Assembly: GCA_005191425.1 (NCBI GenBank)
Contig: SUPR01000150.1
Coordinates: 1 to 6,505, forward strand
DNA from: Candidatus Helarchaeota ASGARD archaeon Hel_GB_B
Lineage (GTDB): Archaea; Asgardarchaeota; Lokiarchaeia; Helarchaeales; HEL-GB-B
Length of the DNA stretch: 6,505 nucleotides
Reading direction: 5' to 3'
Shown: positions 6,318-6,505 of the stretch, one piece after another
Numbering within the stretch: position 1 is the stretch's first letter
Layout: the number at the start of each line of letters is the position of its first letter
Notes under the pieces: generated by a model
Seen by the model: only the letters and a program-made list of their open reading frames with translations
The model's database searches: none
What the model was told of the DNA's origin: nothing
Made by a program: the position numbers and the translations under genes

Positions 6318-6503
6318 TTAATTTTTTAAATCTTTTTCAGTTAAGCCATTAGGAGGAAGCCTGCTTATCAATTCATCATGCAATAAGATAGAATATTCAA
6401 AATTTAAGTCCAATAATTTATTCAATATATTATTAAGTCCATGTTTAAATTCAATTAATCTTTTTTTTATATAATTTAACGTGTATTTGATAATAATATT
6501 TAA
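6318..6503 (-). CDS. 3' end of a hypothetical protein (partial, enters from the right edge)
   Basis: Open from the window edge to TAA 6320-6318, giving 61 codons: LNIIIKYTLNYIKKRLIEFKHGLNNILNKLLDLNFEYSILLHDELISRLPPNGLTEKDLKN*. Its stop abuts the SD of the next gene, as expected in an operon. Confidence 0.65.
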   Translation of the reverse strand, partial: LNIIIKYTLNYIKKRLIEFKHGLNNILNKLLDLNFEYSILLHDELISRLPPNGLTEKDLKN

Positions 6504-6505
6504 AT

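Noticed and set aside
1-6505. CRISPR array, tRNA or rRNA
   Set aside because: No regularly spaced repeats and no GC-rich structured segment of suitable form were seen by eye. A covariance-model search was not possible.

Overview
This is an AT-rich prokaryotic window. It looks archaeal and possibly Asgard (Lokiarchaeia-like), which is an inference from protein resemblance, oligo-T terminator-like tracts and a GGAGG Shine-Dalgarno site. Left to right it holds: (1) the 3' end of an unknown gene (1-285, +); (2) a complete MFS transporter strongly resembling the FLVCR/SLC49 family (468-1670, +); (3) a convergent class I SAM-dependent methyltransferase (1829-2521, -); (4) a 1,861-bp insertion sequence with perfect 19-bp terminal inverted repeats (2618-4478), no visible target-site duplication and a decayed IS4/IS5-type DDE transposase; (5) a 380-384 aa soluble protein of unknown function (4551-5693/5705, -); and (6) at the right edge, two minus-strand genes that the ORF track misses. 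These are the 3' end of an unknown gene (6503-6318) followed immediately by an AGGAGGA-led gene (6309-6032) split by a -1 frameshift, whose joined product has a ubiquitin-like (beta-grasp) sequence pattern. The upstream gene's last codons are perfectly complementary to that Shine-Dalgarno site, suggesting translational coupling. No rRNA, tRNA or CRISPR array was seen.
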